NCBI GenBank assembly: GCA_964016885.1
Contig: OZ024764.1
Location: forward strand, 12,648,001 to 12,712,000
Source of the DNA: Eledone cirrhosa
Taxonomy: Eukaryota
Direction of reading: 5' to 3'
DNA length: 64,000 bases
Below the pieces are notes generated by a model, which was not told where the DNA came from, ran no database searches, and saw only the letters and a list, made by a program, of their open reading frames with translations. The position numbers were made by a program, and so were the translations under genes. Of the stretch, positions 32,590 to 45,624 are shown piece by piece (positions within the stretch are counted from its first letter, which is position 1; each line of letters opens with the position of its first letter).

Positions 32590-33025
32590 TAATCAGAACA
32601 AGGGAGGTTTGTGTAAAAGACAAACTCACCCTGGACAACAACTCATTCCCTTCTTTAGGTGCCACTTTAGAAGGAGAATCAGAGTGGAGAGAGAGGCACT
32701 GCACCCCAGTAAATTTACTGAAAGGTGGGTGAATGTGGCAAAAATGGCCCAAGTGATTCGGCCTTCTCTGTATATAAACCTGTAGGTCGAAGAAGAAAGC
32801 AAAAGGAAGACAGGAGCACTTGCACAACACGCTCCTGGAGTTGAGGGTTGTTCTATCTACGGAATATAAAACAACCCATTTGTAACGCCTCCCCTCTATT
32901 GGGGATTTCGATTGTTGAATTTGTATGTTAAAATTTTTTACACAATTGTATGTAAAATCCCCGGCATATGTCTTTGTATTGTCCCCTATTCTTGTGCGCC
33001 CTTGTGGCAAATAAAGAAATATATC
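32590..33025 (+). mobile_element. Probable Tx1/L1-clade LINE 3' end
   Basis: Frame GQQLIPFFRCHFRRRIRVEREALHPSKFTERWVNVAK..INL* resembles a Tx1 ORF2 C-terminus; 3'UTR ending AATAAAGAAAT recurs at 35575-35641. Confidence 0.55.
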
Positions 33026-33033
33026 TTTAATTC

Positions 33034-33503
33034 CATGACAGCGATGAATTTGTTTTGTGAGGTTTTTTATATGAAATCGTGTGTCGAAACAAATATTGTT
33101 ATACTTGGGGAGGGTCATATTGTTGTAATAATATTGCCAGAAATAATAACAGAACACACTCACTGTTTGGTTGGTTTTCACTTCTGTATCTTTTATATCT
33201 CCACAGTTAATTCATTTAGTCCTCAATGTTTATCAATGACTGACCAACGGTCAAAAATAAAGATATAAACATATATATAGTCTAATAAAGTTCTTTTGTT
33301 GCACATCTGCAACATCATCAGTGGTACTTTTATGTTTCTCCTGTTGTATTGTATGTCTACGCCATTTGACATTGATAAACAAATGAACCAAATGAATTGA
33401 CTGTGGAGATATAAAAGATACAGAATGGAAAACCAACCAAACAGTGAGTGTGTTCTGTTATTATTTCTGGCAATATTATTACAACAATATGACCCTCCCC
33501 AAG
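33034..33503. mobile_element. Fold-back insertion (arms about 33101-33238 and 33369-33506) with a 14-bp flanking duplication; Penelope-like
   Basis: tatatctttaattc at 33020-33033 and 33504-33517; degenerate minus-strand CTGATGA-hairpin-AAAA in the spacer. Confidence 0.55.
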
Positions 33504-33506
33504 TAT

Positions 33507-33688
33507 ATCTTTAATTCAGTATTCGTGACAACCCTTACCTATGATCACGAATCTTGGGTAATGACCGAAAGAGTACGATCACGAATACAAGTAGCTGAAA
33601 TGGGGTTCCTCTGAAGGGTCTTTGGAGTAACGTTCCTTGATAGAGTGTGTAATCCGGTGATCAGAGAGGTGCTCCAGGTAGAGCAAAC
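33507..33688 (+). mobile_element. RTE (Rex3/Expander-like) ORF fragment
   Basis: IFNSVFVTTLTYDHESWVMTERVRSRIQVAEMGFL*RVFGVTFLDRVCNPVIREVLQVE. Confidence 0.8.
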
Positions 33689-33790
33689 CTAACCAAACAT
33701 TTTGGGATGCTTTTGAATATTCCCTGTACAGGTGAAAAATCTCCTATGTGAATGTGGGAGATGACACAAAAAAGGTTGGGAAACTCTGTT

Positions 33791-35103
33791 CTATACTGTA
33801 CATTAGATAATGTAGTCCTAGATATACTGTGGTTACATTTGGAACATATTTGATCATAGGTCTACTGGATCAGGACTGACCTAGGGCTAAACAACAACTA
33901 TAGCCACCAATACTAACTACTGTACTGTACATTAGGTAATGTAGTCCTAGATATACTATGGTCACAGTTGGAACATATTTGATCATAGGTCTACTGGATC
34001 AGGACTGACCTAGGGCTAAACAATAACTATAGCCACTAATACTAACTACTATACTGTACATTAGATAATGTAGTCCTAGATATACTATGGTCACAGTTGG
34101 AACATATTTGATCATAGGTCTACTGGATCAGGACTGACCTAGGGCTAAACAACAACTATAGCCACTAATACTAACTACTATACTGTACATTAGATAATGT
34201 AGTCCTAGATATACTATGGTCACAGTTGGAACATATTTGATCATAGGTCTACTGGATCAGGACTGACCTAGGGCTAAACAACAACTATAGCCACTAATAC
34301 TAACTACTATACTGTACATTAGATAATGTAGTCCTAGATATACTATGGTCACAGTTGGAACATATTTGATCATAGGTCTACTGGATCAGGACTGACCTAG
34401 GGCTAAACAACAACTATAGCCACTAATACTAACTACTATACTGTACATTAGATAATGTAGTCCTAGATATACTATGGTCACAGTTGGAACATATTTGATC
34501 ATAGGTCTACTGGATCAGGACTGACCTAGGGCTAAACAACAACTATAGCCACTAATACTAACTACTGTACTGTACATTAGATAATGTAGTCCAAGATACA
34601 CTATGGTCACAGTTGGAACATCTTTGATCATAGGTCTACTGGATCAGGACTGACCTAGGGCTAAACAACAACTATAGCCACTAATACTAACTACTATACT
34701 GTACATTGTAGTCCTAGATACACTATGTCTTAATAATAAAAGATGGAATGGTCACAGTTGGAACATCTTTGATCATAGATCAACTAGATCAGGACTGACC
34801 TGGGGCTAAACAACAACTATAGCCACTAATACTAACTACTATACTGTACATTGTAGTCCTAGATACACTATGTCTTAATAATAAAAGATGGAATGGTCAC
34901 AGTTGGAACATCTTTGATCATAGATCAACTAGATCTGGACTGACCCGGGGCTAAACAACAACTACAGCCACTAATATACTGTACATTAGATAATATAGTC
35001 CTAGATACACTATATCTGAATAAAAGATGAGTTGGTTGCAGATAGAACATCTTTGATCATAGGTCTACTGGATCAAGACTGACCTAGGGCTAAACAAGAA
35101 CAA
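33791..35103 (+). repeat. 129-bp tandem array, about 10 copies, probably from a retroelement 3' end
   Basis: Period 129 (33791, 33920, 34049...); each unit contains ctgacctagggctaaacaacaac. Confidence 0.92.
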
Positions 35104-35574
35104 CAAGACCACCACCACCACCACCACCAATACAATCCTTTCCACGAAGGCCCTCATCGCCCCCCCCCCCTTCAACAGAGAAGCCATCCCAGTTTAGACA
35201 GTCAAGTAGCCCTATTAAGTTAATAGCCCTTCCCACAATGCATCAGTCTGCTCTCCTTGGTGAGAGGAAGGAAAGAGAGGAAGGAAAGATGATGGCAGAG
35301 GAGGAATAGTGAAAGTGGAGAGAGAGAGAGAGAGAGGGGGTATGTGTGTTCTTTTGTTACATATTTCGGTTAGACCCCCCCACCCCTACCGCCGCCACCA
35401 CCACTACCACCACCTAGGGCTCTAGGCTTAATACAATGGTAACTATACCACTGTCATCTTCCCTTCGGTGGTGGTGGAGTGTGTGTGTGTGTGTGTGGGG
35501 GGGAGGGGGGTAGTGGCTGTATATCTTTCTATTTGTCTATATATATCTACCTGTATCTATCTATCTATCTATCT

Positions 35575-35641
35575 ATCCCCGGCATATGCCCTTGTATTGG
35601 CCCCTTTTCTTGTGCGCCCTTGTGGCAAATAAAGAAATATA
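35575..35641 (+). mobile_element. Short 3' end of the Tx1-like LINE
   Basis: Matches 32957-33025. Confidence 0.7.
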
Positions 35642-35653
35642 TCTCTCTATGTA

Positions 35654-36376
35654 TGGAGGCACATGGCTTAGTGGTTAGAGCATTGGCCTTGCAATCGAAA
35701 GGTTGTGAGTTCAATTCTCAGACCAGGTGATGTGTTGTTTCCTTGAGCAAGACACTTTATTTCACATTGCTCCAGTTTACTCAGCTGTAGAAATGAGATG
35801 ATAGGGACTGGGCTCCCTATCATTCCACTGTAAAGTGGTCGTGGAGGTGCCACGGCAAAAAAGCACCCAGTCCACACTGTAAAGTGGACGTGGAGGTGCC
35901 ACAGCAAAAAAGGAGCCAGCCCATATTGTAAAGTGGTCGTGGAGGTGCCACGGCAAAAAAAGCACCCAGTCCACACTGTAAAGTGGACGTGGAGGTGCCA
36001 CAGCAAAAAAGCACCCAGCACTCACTGTAAAGTGGACGTGGAGGTGCCACAGCAAAAAAGCACCCAGCACTCACTGTAAAGTGGACGTGGAGGTGCCACA
36101 GCAAAAAAGGAGCCAGCCCACATTGTAAAGTGGTCGTGGAGGTGCCACGGCAAAAAAAGCACCCAGCCCACACTGTAAAGTGGTCGTGGAGGTGCCACGG
36201 CAAAAAAGCAGCCAGCCCACACTGTAAAGTGGTCGTGGAGGTGCCACGGCAAAAAAGCAGCCAGCACTCACTGTAAATGAGGTTGGTGTTAGGAAGGGCA
36301 TCCAGCTGTAGAAATCAAGCCAGAACCAGTTCCCGTCCCACCCTTGCAAGCAGGGAAAAGTGGACGTAAAATGATC
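35654..36376 (+). mobile_element. SINE-A expanded by about ten tandem 45-50 bp internal units
   Basis: Unit ctgtaaagtgg(t/a)cgtggaggtgccac(g/a)gcaaaaaagcacccagc.cac repeated 35827-36277; intact head and tail. Confidence 0.92.
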
Positions 36377-36574
36377 AAAAAAAAAAATAAATATATACAT
36401 ATATACATACACATATACATATATACATACACATACATATATACATACACATATACACATATACATACACATATACATATATACATACACATATACATAC
36501 ATATATATATATACATATATACATACATATATATATATATACATATATATATACATACACATACACATATACAT

Positions 36575-36627
<53 letters not shown>

Positions 36628-36650
36628 TATATGTATATATATATATATAT

Positions 36651-36868
36651 AACAAAGGAATTGTGGTAAGGAACCAGATGGACCATACTCAATACTTAGG
36701 GTAGTAGAGTGGGAAATAGGAAAAAGTATGACCCTGACGGCAGAGCTCAAGCCGTTTCGACGGCTATTTCTGGACAAAATTAGAATTTTTTGAAAAAATT
36801 TTAATTTTGTCCAGAAATAGCCGTCGAAATGGCTTGAGCTCTGCCGTCAGGGTCATACTTTTTCCTAT
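36651..36868. mobile_element. Fold-back Penelope-like terminal remnant in (TA)n
   Basis: IR about 36716-36782/36801-36868 plus one-sided tail; relatives at 46420-46598 and 47495-47617. Confidence 0.55.
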
Positions 36869-36914
36869 ATATATATATATATGTGTGTGTGTGTGGTGTA
36901 TGTATGGGTGTGTG

Positions 36915-36963
<49 letters not shown>

Positions 36964-36975
36964 GTATATGTATAT

Positions 36976-37105
<130 letters not shown>

Positions 37106-37131
37106 GTATATTGATATATATATATATATAT

Positions 37132-37171
<40 letters not shown>

Positions 37172-37201
37172 TGATATTGATATATATATATATGTATATT
37201 G

Positions 37202-37234
<33 letters not shown>

Positions 37235-37594
37235 TATGTGCGTGTGTATACACACAAGACACACATACATATACACACACAGAGACAGACAGAGACAAAG
37301 AGCAAGAGGTGGGGACAAAAATCTAAGGGTTTGCCTGCAAACCTTTATTAATTTTCAGGGACTTCTTTTTCACACATTGGCATTGAGTAATTAGAAACTG
37401 AGGTGGATTGGGGTGGGGGTGAGGGGGGTTGGAGTCGGGGGGGGGGGGGGGGGGGGGGGGGGGGCTGATAGAATTTTGAGGGCTGGGGGTGTTGCCTTGT
37501 TTCGTCTCAACCTCTGTCACTCTTTCTACTTCTCTGTCTACCCTTTTTTTTGTTCTTTATATCTATCTATCTCAGTCTATTGCTTGCTCTCTCC

Positions 37595-37599
<5 letters not shown>

Positions 37600-37626
<27 letters not shown>

Positions 37627-37655
37627 GACTGTCTTCCTCTCTCTCTGTCTCTCTT

Positions 37656-37692
<37 letters not shown>

Positions 37693-37935
37693 GACTGTCT
37701 TCCTCTCTCCCTCTCTCTCTCTCTCTATATATATATGACTGTCTTCCTCTCTCCCTCTCTCTCTCTCTATATATATATATGACTGTCTTCCTCTCTCCCT
37801 CTCTCTCTCTCTCTATATATATATGACTGTCTTCCTCTCTCTCTCTCTATATATATATATATGACTGTCTTCCTCTCTCCCTCTCTCTCTCTATATATAT
37901 ATATATGACTGTCTTCCTCTCTCTCTGTCTCTCTT

Positions 37936-37974
<39 letters not shown>

Positions 37975-38047
37975 GACTGTCTTCCTCTCTCCCTCTCTCT
38001 CTCTCTATATATATATATGACTGTCTTCCTCTCTCTCTGTCTCTCTT

Positions 38048-38086
<39 letters not shown>

Positions 38087-38097
38087 GACTGTCTTCC
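37600..38097. repeat. Minisatellite gactgtcttc-(CT)n-(AT)n, about 10 copies
   Basis: Direct reading. Confidence 0.92.
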
Positions 38098-38149
38098 TCC
38101 CTACCCCTCTCTCTGTCTCTCTTTGTCTCTCTCTCCTCCTATCATCTCT

Positions 38150-38299
38150 CTAGTGGTGGTGATGGTAGATGTGATGATGATGATGATGGTGGTGGTGATG
38201 ATAATGGTGGTGATGGTGAAGGTGGTGATGATGGTGGTGGTGGTGGTGGTGGTGGTGATGATGATGATTAAATGCAACTTTTTTGGCAACATTCTTGAC

Positions 38300-38333
<34 letters not shown>

Positions 38334-38584
38334 GCCTCCATGACTGTCACCATTATCCTCATCATTACAATGATCATCACCATCACCATCATGACAATTA
38401 CCACCATCACCATCATCACCACCACCACCACCACCACCACCATCATCATCATCACCACCACCATCATGACAATTACCACCATCACCATCATCACCACCAC
38501 CACCACCACCACCACCACCACCACCATCATCATCACCACCACCATCATGACAATTACCACCATCACCATCACCATCACCACCAT

Positions 38585-38616
<32 letters not shown>

Positions 38617-39110
38617 CCACCACCATCATGACAATTACCACCATCACCATCACCATCATCACCACCACCACCACCATCATCATCATCACCACCACCATCA
38701 CCACCACCACCACCACCACCACCACCACCATCATCATCATCACCACCACCATCATGACAATTACCACCATCACCACCACCACCACCACCACCACCACCAC
38801 CATCATCATCATCACCACCACCATCATGACAATTACCACCATCACCATCACCATCACCACCACCACCATCACCACCACCACCACCACCACCACCACCACC
38901 ATCATCATCATCACCACCACCATCATGACAATTACCACCATCACCATCACCATCACCACCATCACCACCACCACCATCACCACCACCATCATCATCATCA
39001 TCACCACCACCATCATGACAATTACCACCATCACCATCACCATCATCACCACCACCACCACCATCATCATCATCACCACCATCACCACCACCACCATCAT
39101 CATCACCACC

Positions 39111-39141
<31 letters not shown>

Positions 39142-39182
39142 CCACCACCATCACCACCACCACCATCACCACCATCATCATT
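38150..39182. repeat. (CAC/CAT)n repeat punctuated by catgacaattac
   Basis: Direct reading. Confidence 0.92.
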
Positions 39183-39511
39183 AGTATGGTTGTCACATGT
39201 CCACAGCTGGCTATGATTGTTATATAAACTGCTATAACCACCAGCTACCCACCACACACTACCACCACCCCAGGGGGTCTCTTCAGCATCTCAATTATTA
39301 GTTCATGATATGTTTACTACACCATCCATACCTCCACTCCACTCCACCACTCACACTCGCACTCCATACCACTCACCTACCACTCTGCAGTCCACATATT
39401 TCACTCCACACTCCAATGGTACCATGATATATAATATATATATACACACATATATATATACACATATATATATATATACACACATATATATATACACACA
39501 CACATATATAT

Positions 39512-39559
<48 letters not shown>

Positions 39560-39562
<3 letters not shown>

Positions 39563-39737
39563 TTCTACAGGACTGGAACTGTTTTATTCAACAGAAATCA
39601 TCAGGATGATGAGTTCTTTTGAATGAAACAGTTCTAGTCCTGTAGAAGCCAATCATACATTAAACATGATGTTTACACTTTATAAATGTATTGAGTACCT
39701 TACTTAAGTGGTTACCACTGTTTGGAGCTGGGACTCA
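39560..39737. mobile_element. Fold-back hammerhead-bearing Penelope-like remnant (same family as 4908-5101), both cores mutated
   Basis: Arms 39560-39604/39606-39650; tail tattgagtaccttactt..gtggttacc. Confidence 0.65.
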
Positions 39738-39750
39738 CACACACACAGTT

Positions 39751-40084
39751 ATCATCATCATCATCATTTTACGTCCACTTTTCCCTGCTTGCAAGGGTGG
39801 GACGGGAACTGATGCTGGCTTGATTTCTACAGCTGGATGCCCTTCCTAACACCAACCTCATTTACAGTGAGTGCTGGGTGCTTTTTTGCCGTGGCACCTC
39901 CACGACCACTTTGCAGTGGAATGATATGGACCCCAGTCCCTATCATCTCATTTCTACAGCTGAGTAAACTGGAGCAATGTGAAATAAAGTGTCTTGCTCA
40001 AGGAAACAACACATCACCCGGTCTGAGAATTGAACTCACAACCTTTCGATTGCAAGCCCAATGCTCTAACTATTAAGCCATGTG
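39751..40084 (-). mobile_element. SINE-A, near full length
   Basis: Matches the other copies. Confidence 0.92.
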
Positions 40085-40107
40085 TATATATATATATATA
40101 TACACAT

Positions 40108-40247
40108 AGGAGTTCTGGATTCAATCCGTGGTAACCACAGTAAGTAAAGCACTCAATATATAGTATATACAAGATTTAATATGACAGTTGACTTTCCTGA
40201 TGATTTCCTTTGAATGAAACACTACTAGTCCTGTAGAAACCAATTCT
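40108..40247. mobile_element. Penelope-like remnant: antisense tail fused directly to a sense hammerhead
   Basis: ggtaaccacagtaagtaa..ctcaata tail, then tttc-CTGATGA-tttcctttgaat-GAAAC..ctGTA-gaaa. Confidence 0.6.
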
Positions 40248-40268
40248 ATATATATATATATAATTATA

Positions 40269-40453
40269 TAATTGTTCCTGCATTTGGCACAAGGCCAGCA
40301 ATTAACCAGTACATTACTGGTACTTTATTTTATCGACCCCGTAAGGATGAAAGGCAAAGTTAACCTTGGTGGGATTTGAACTCAGACCATAAAGGCCCGT
40401 AACTCTTTGCTGCAAAGCATGGCGTCTGACCCTCTACTGATACTGCCAATCCA
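40269..40453 (-). mobile_element. SINE-B
   Basis: Reverse complement of 20364-20557. Confidence 0.85.
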
Positions 40454-40700
40454 AATGGCTGGTGCTTATCCCCAGTTTACTTGGTGTTAAGCAACTGATA
40501 GTACAAGACATCCACCTGAAGAGGACGCTAGTCTATCACAGAATTAAATCCCCAACTACTGTTGGTACCCATATTCAACTGAGTGTACTGCAGTAACATG
40601 AAATAAAGTGTTTGGGGATGATATAACAATATATTAAATATCAAATGATACATATTATATATAAATATAGTAAAATAAAAAATATATGATATTTATTTAA

Positions 40701-42305
40701 TCCATGTGTCTATCACACATGGACATGCCTACAAAGTCAGAAAACAGCACAGCTCACATGACTTTTGGAAACATTTTTTCATGCTCAGAGTTGCCGAAGC
40801 ATGGAACAAACTACCTGCATCAATTGTTAGCTGTCGAGACACTGCATCCTTTAAAACCTCCATGGAACACACTACCTACATCAGTTGTTAGCTGTCAAGA
40901 CACTGCATCCTTTAAAACCTCCATGGAACAAACTATCTGCATCGGTTGTTAGCTGTCGAGACACTGCATCCTTTAAAACCTCCATGGAACAAACTACCTG
41001 CATCAGTTGTTAGCTGTCGAGACACTGCATCCTTTAAAACCTCCATGGAACAAACTATCTGCATCGGTTGTTAGCTGTCGAGACACTGCATCCTTTAAAA
41101 CCTCCATGGAACAAACTACCTGCATCAGTTGTTAGCTGCCGAGACACTGCATCCTTTAAAACCTCCATGGAACAAACTACTGCATCAGTTGTTAGCTGTC
41201 GAGACACTGCATCCCTTAAAACCTCCATGGAACAAACTACCTGCATCAGTTGTTAGCTGTCGAGACACTGCATCCTTTAAAACTTCCATGGAACAAACTA
41301 CCTGCATCAGTTGTTAGCTGTCAAGACACTGCATCCTTTAAAACCTCCATGGAACAAACTACCTGCATCAGTTGTTAGCTGTCAAGACACTGCATCCTTT
41401 AAAACCTCCATGGAACAAACTACCTGCATCAGTTGTTAGCTGTCAAGACACTGCATCCTTTAAAACCTCCATGGAACAAACTACCTGCATCAGTTGTTAG
41501 CTGTCGAGACACTGCATCCTTTAAAACCTCCATGGAACAAACTACCTGCATTAGTTGTTAGCTGTCGAGACACTGCATCCTTTAAAACCTCCATGGAACA
41601 AACTCCCTGCATCAGTTGTTAGCTGTCAAGACACTGCATCCTTTAAAACCTCCATGGAACAAACTACCTGCTTCAGTTGTTAGCTGTCTAGACACTGCAT
41701 CCTTTAAAACCTCCATGGAACAAACTACCTGCATCAGTTGTTAGCTGTCGAGACACTGCATCCTTTAAAACCTCCATGGAACAAACTCCCTGCATCAGTT
41801 GTTAGCTGTCGAGACGCTGCATCCCTTAAAACCTCCATGGAACAAACTACTTCCATCAGTTGTTAGCTGTCGAGACACTGCATCCTTTAAAACCTCCATG
41901 GAACAAACTACCTACATCAGTTGTTAGCTGTCGAGACACTGCATCCTTTAAAACCTCCATGGAACAAACTACCTGCATCAGTTGTTAGCTGTCGAGACAC
42001 TGCATCCTTTAAAACCTCCATGGAACAAACTACCTGCATCAGTTGTTAGCTGTCGAGACACTGCATCCTTTAAAACCTCCATGGAACACACTCCCTGCAT
42101 CAGTTGTTAGCTGTCGAGACGCTGCATCCCTTAAAACCTCCATGCTTCTTGAAATTCGCCAACACTACACCTGATATCCCCCCTCCATACACACGCACAC
42201 ATGTACATCATGACTCATACACTGACATTTGTAGATTATTCTATGTACTATACATGCACCTTTGACAAGTTGTAGTGCACCTGAGCACTGTACACAGAAA
42301 TTTTC
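40701..42305 (+). mobile_element. CR1-clade LINE 3' end with about 22 tandem copies of a 61-bp coding segment
   Basis: THGHAYKVRKQ..FF.LRVAEAWNKLPAS.VSCRDTASFK matches the CR1 C-terminal TRGH..WN.LP..FK motif; array 40801-42144; 3'UTR resumes after it. Confidence 0.88.
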
Positions 42306-43606
42306 ATCACCAACACAACACCACTACCACCACCAAAACTACTACCACCACCACCACCACCACTACCACTACCACCACTACCACTACCACCACCACCACT
42401 ACCACCACCACTACCACCACCACCACCACCACCACAACATACCACAGTAATCAGCTATCTAAATGTAAATAATACAGCCTGTAATTATTGCTGCATCTTA
42501 AATATGGCTTCTCACATTGTTGTTGTAGTTGTTGTAGTAGTGGTGGTGGTGTTGGTGGTAATTGTGGTGGTGGTAGTGGTGGTGGTGTTGGTGGCGGTGG
42601 TGGTAGTGGTGTTCGTAGTGGTGGTAGTGTTGTGTTCATCGTACCAACACTGCACCACCAACAACAACACTACCAACAACAACAACAACCTCCAACACCA
42701 CCACCACCACCAACAACTACAAACACCAACGTCACCACTACCAACACTACCACCACCACACCCAACACTAACACAACCACCAACATCACCACCACTACCA
42801 GCAGCAACACCAACAACACGACCAACAACAACAGTAGCACATCACCTCCAGCGACTGTACCCCCCCCCCCACACACACACAACCCCCAGCAACACTACTA
42901 CCAACACCACCACCAACAACAACACCACCAACACCACCAACACTACTACCAACACCACCACCAACAACAACACCACCAACACCACCAACACTACTACCAA
43001 CACCACCACCAACACCACTAACAACAACACCACCACCAACAACACCACCACCACCATCAACAACACCAACATCCCCAACACCACCACCAACACCACCACC
43101 ACAACACCAACATCACCACCAACAACAACACCAACATCCCCAACACCACCACCAACAGCACCACCACCAACAACACCACCACCACCAACATCACCACCAA
43201 CAACAACACCACCACCACCAACAACACCACCACCACCAACATCACCACCAACAGCACCATCAACACCAACACTACTACCACCGCCACCACAACACCACCA
43301 CGACCACCAACACCCCAACCCCCACCACCCTCACCACCCCAGCCTGACCCTTACCTCCAACCCACCAGACTCTGTCACCACATACTGTGATGGTATCCTC
43401 CTTGTTTGTGTCATTTCCAGGAAATAATAGCTGTCCTTTCTGTATATACACACAAATATATATACAGTAGTATGGGTGTATATATATACATATATATATA
43501 TACACACAATTGTGTGTGTGTGTTTGTGTATATATATATATACACAAACACACATTTGTATGTGTGTTTGTGTAAGTATCCAAGTATCTGTATGTATGTA
43601 TGTGTG

Positions 43607-43659
<53 letters not shown>

Positions 43660-43692
43660 GTGTGTGTGTATATATATATATATTTATATATA

Positions 43693-43781
<89 letters not shown>

Positions 43782-43821
43782 GTGTGTATATATATATATA
43801 ATATATATATATATATGTGCG

Positions 43822-43854
<33 letters not shown>

Positions 43855-43893
43855 GTGTGTATATATATATAATATATATATATGTGTGTGTAT

Positions 43894-43930
<37 letters not shown>

Positions 43931-44190
43931 TTATATATATATATATATATGTATATAGTGAGTGTGATGTGTGTGTAGAGACACACACATCTCTATAAGT
44001 ATATACTTATATATGCATATACACAGAGATATATAGACACATCCGTCTATATATACATAAAAATACATAGTTACATACACACATGCATATATATACGCTC
44101 ACACACATAGATATATATATATATATATGAATACATATATATATATATATATATAAAACTACATACATACATATATCTGTATATGTGTAT
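42305..44190. repeat. (CCA/CAA)n and (TA)n/(TG)n fields
   Basis: Direct reading. Confidence 0.85.
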
Positions 44191-44200
44191 AATAATAAAA

Positions 44201-44383
44201 TAATTGTTTCTACTTTTGGCACAAGGCCAGCAATTACCCCAGTACATTACTGGTACGTTATTTTATCGACCCCGTAAGGATGAAGGGCAAAGTTAACCTC
44301 GGCGGGATTTGAACTCAGATAATAAAGGGCCGTAACTCTATGCTGCAGAGCATGGCATCCGACCCTCTACCGATACTGCCAAT
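44201..44383 (-). mobile_element. SINE-B
   Basis: Reverse complement of 20364-20557. Confidence 0.88.
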
Positions 44384-44428
44384 GATAATAGAAATAAACG
44401 AAAGATATATACTTTATATCATCTCTAT

Positions 44429-45301
44429 CTATCTATCTATCTAAGGCGGGTAAAATTCCCGAGATCCATGGACGAGTTCTCTCCAGCGGTCTCTGTCCCT
44501 CATTATCGCTGCCATATCCTGCATCTCCAACAGACCAGTGTCTGTCCTTAGGGCATCAACATATGTCAACCTTGGTCTTCCTCTTCTAGTGTGTCCATGT
44601 AGGGGCTCCCAAAGGAGCACTGAGTGCAATGTCAACTCTGGATGTCGGTGAGCATGTCCAGCCAACCTCAGTCTCCTCTGTGTCACTTTTGAGCTGACTT
44701 TTGGGATGCCCCCATACAGCTCTGTGGACTATTGTATGCGCCTTGCACTGGAGAAACACCAGGACTCTGGCTTTACTGTAGCACCGGCTCAGAGCAGGAG
44801 AGTTGGGGCGAAAAAGGTATCGGATGCTGAATTTGCCGACGACATAGTTTTGGTGACAAATACAGTGAAGGAGGCAGAGGATTTGATGCGGGAGGTTGAG
44901 ACTGTGTCGATGAGTGTGGGGCTGAGAATGAATGAGACTAAAACAAAATATCTGGTAGAGAATGTTGAGAAGCCAGAGGGGATCACTAATGTAGGCGGGA
45001 AGCCGCTGGAATTGGTTGAGGACTTCCTGTATTTGGGAGCAAAGATTGGGAATACGGAGGATGATGTGGTTGAGAGGAAGAGCAAGGCCTGGGCGGCGTG
45101 TCACAGCTTGAGATCGGTGTAGAAGTCGGACCTTCGTAGAGACCTGAAAATCCGCCTCTTCATTGCTGTAGTGGAGTCTGTGCTGCTGTACAGGTCTGAG
45201 ACTTGGACACTGACCAAGAGACTCACTCAGATGGTGGATGGGTGCTACACGAGAATGCTGAGGATGGCTCTGAACATTAATCAGTATACACTGAGGATGA
45301 A
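44429..45301 (-). mobile_element. RTE-1 LINE with 5' inversion, (TAGA)n tail and 11-bp TSD
   Basis: 3' end on minus 44429-44724; upstream RT segment (AEFADDIVL, FLYLGA) on plus 44724-45301; atcatctctat at 44418-44428 and 45302-45312. Confidence 0.92.
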
Positions 45302-45353
45302 ATCATCTCTATTTATTTCATTATAAAGTCCAAACAGTGTACAATTATAAGCC

Positions 45354-45385
<32 letters not shown>

Positions 45386-45624
45386 ATGAGATGAAAGAAT
45401 GGTATTTAACTAATGTAATGGTACGCGATGGGGCCCACCCACAGCCCCGGCGGATAGAATGGGAAAGGCGTTTCCCCGGAAGACGGCAAGGGAGGTGCGC
45501 TGGAAAAGCCACTCCAACTCGTGGGGCTCACACCTACGGCTGGCCAGCTCACCGCCTATGGTGGTGAGTAAGGAGGTAGCCCTGAGGCCGAGGACACCAG
45601 AAGTTTCATTATATATATTTAGAT

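Larger units (their letters stand above)
32053..33788. mobile_element. Possible degenerate hAT/Charlie-type MITE split by nested retroelements
   Basis: Ends cagaggtttatcaaaccttt / aaaggttgggaaactctg; flanks atctagag / ttctatac resemble the nTCTAGAn target. Confidence 0.35.

Noticed and set aside
32495-33181. 228-aa minus-strand ORF
   Set aside because: Spans three unrelated TE fragments; chance open frame
38123-39257. Poly-His or Gly/Asp-rich protein
   Set aside because: (CAC/CAT)n repeat open in several frames on both strands; no splice or coding evidence
43400-43445. Strong-looking splice acceptor (ccttgtttgtgtcatttccag)
   Set aside because: No convincing donor; runs into microsatellite after about 20 nt
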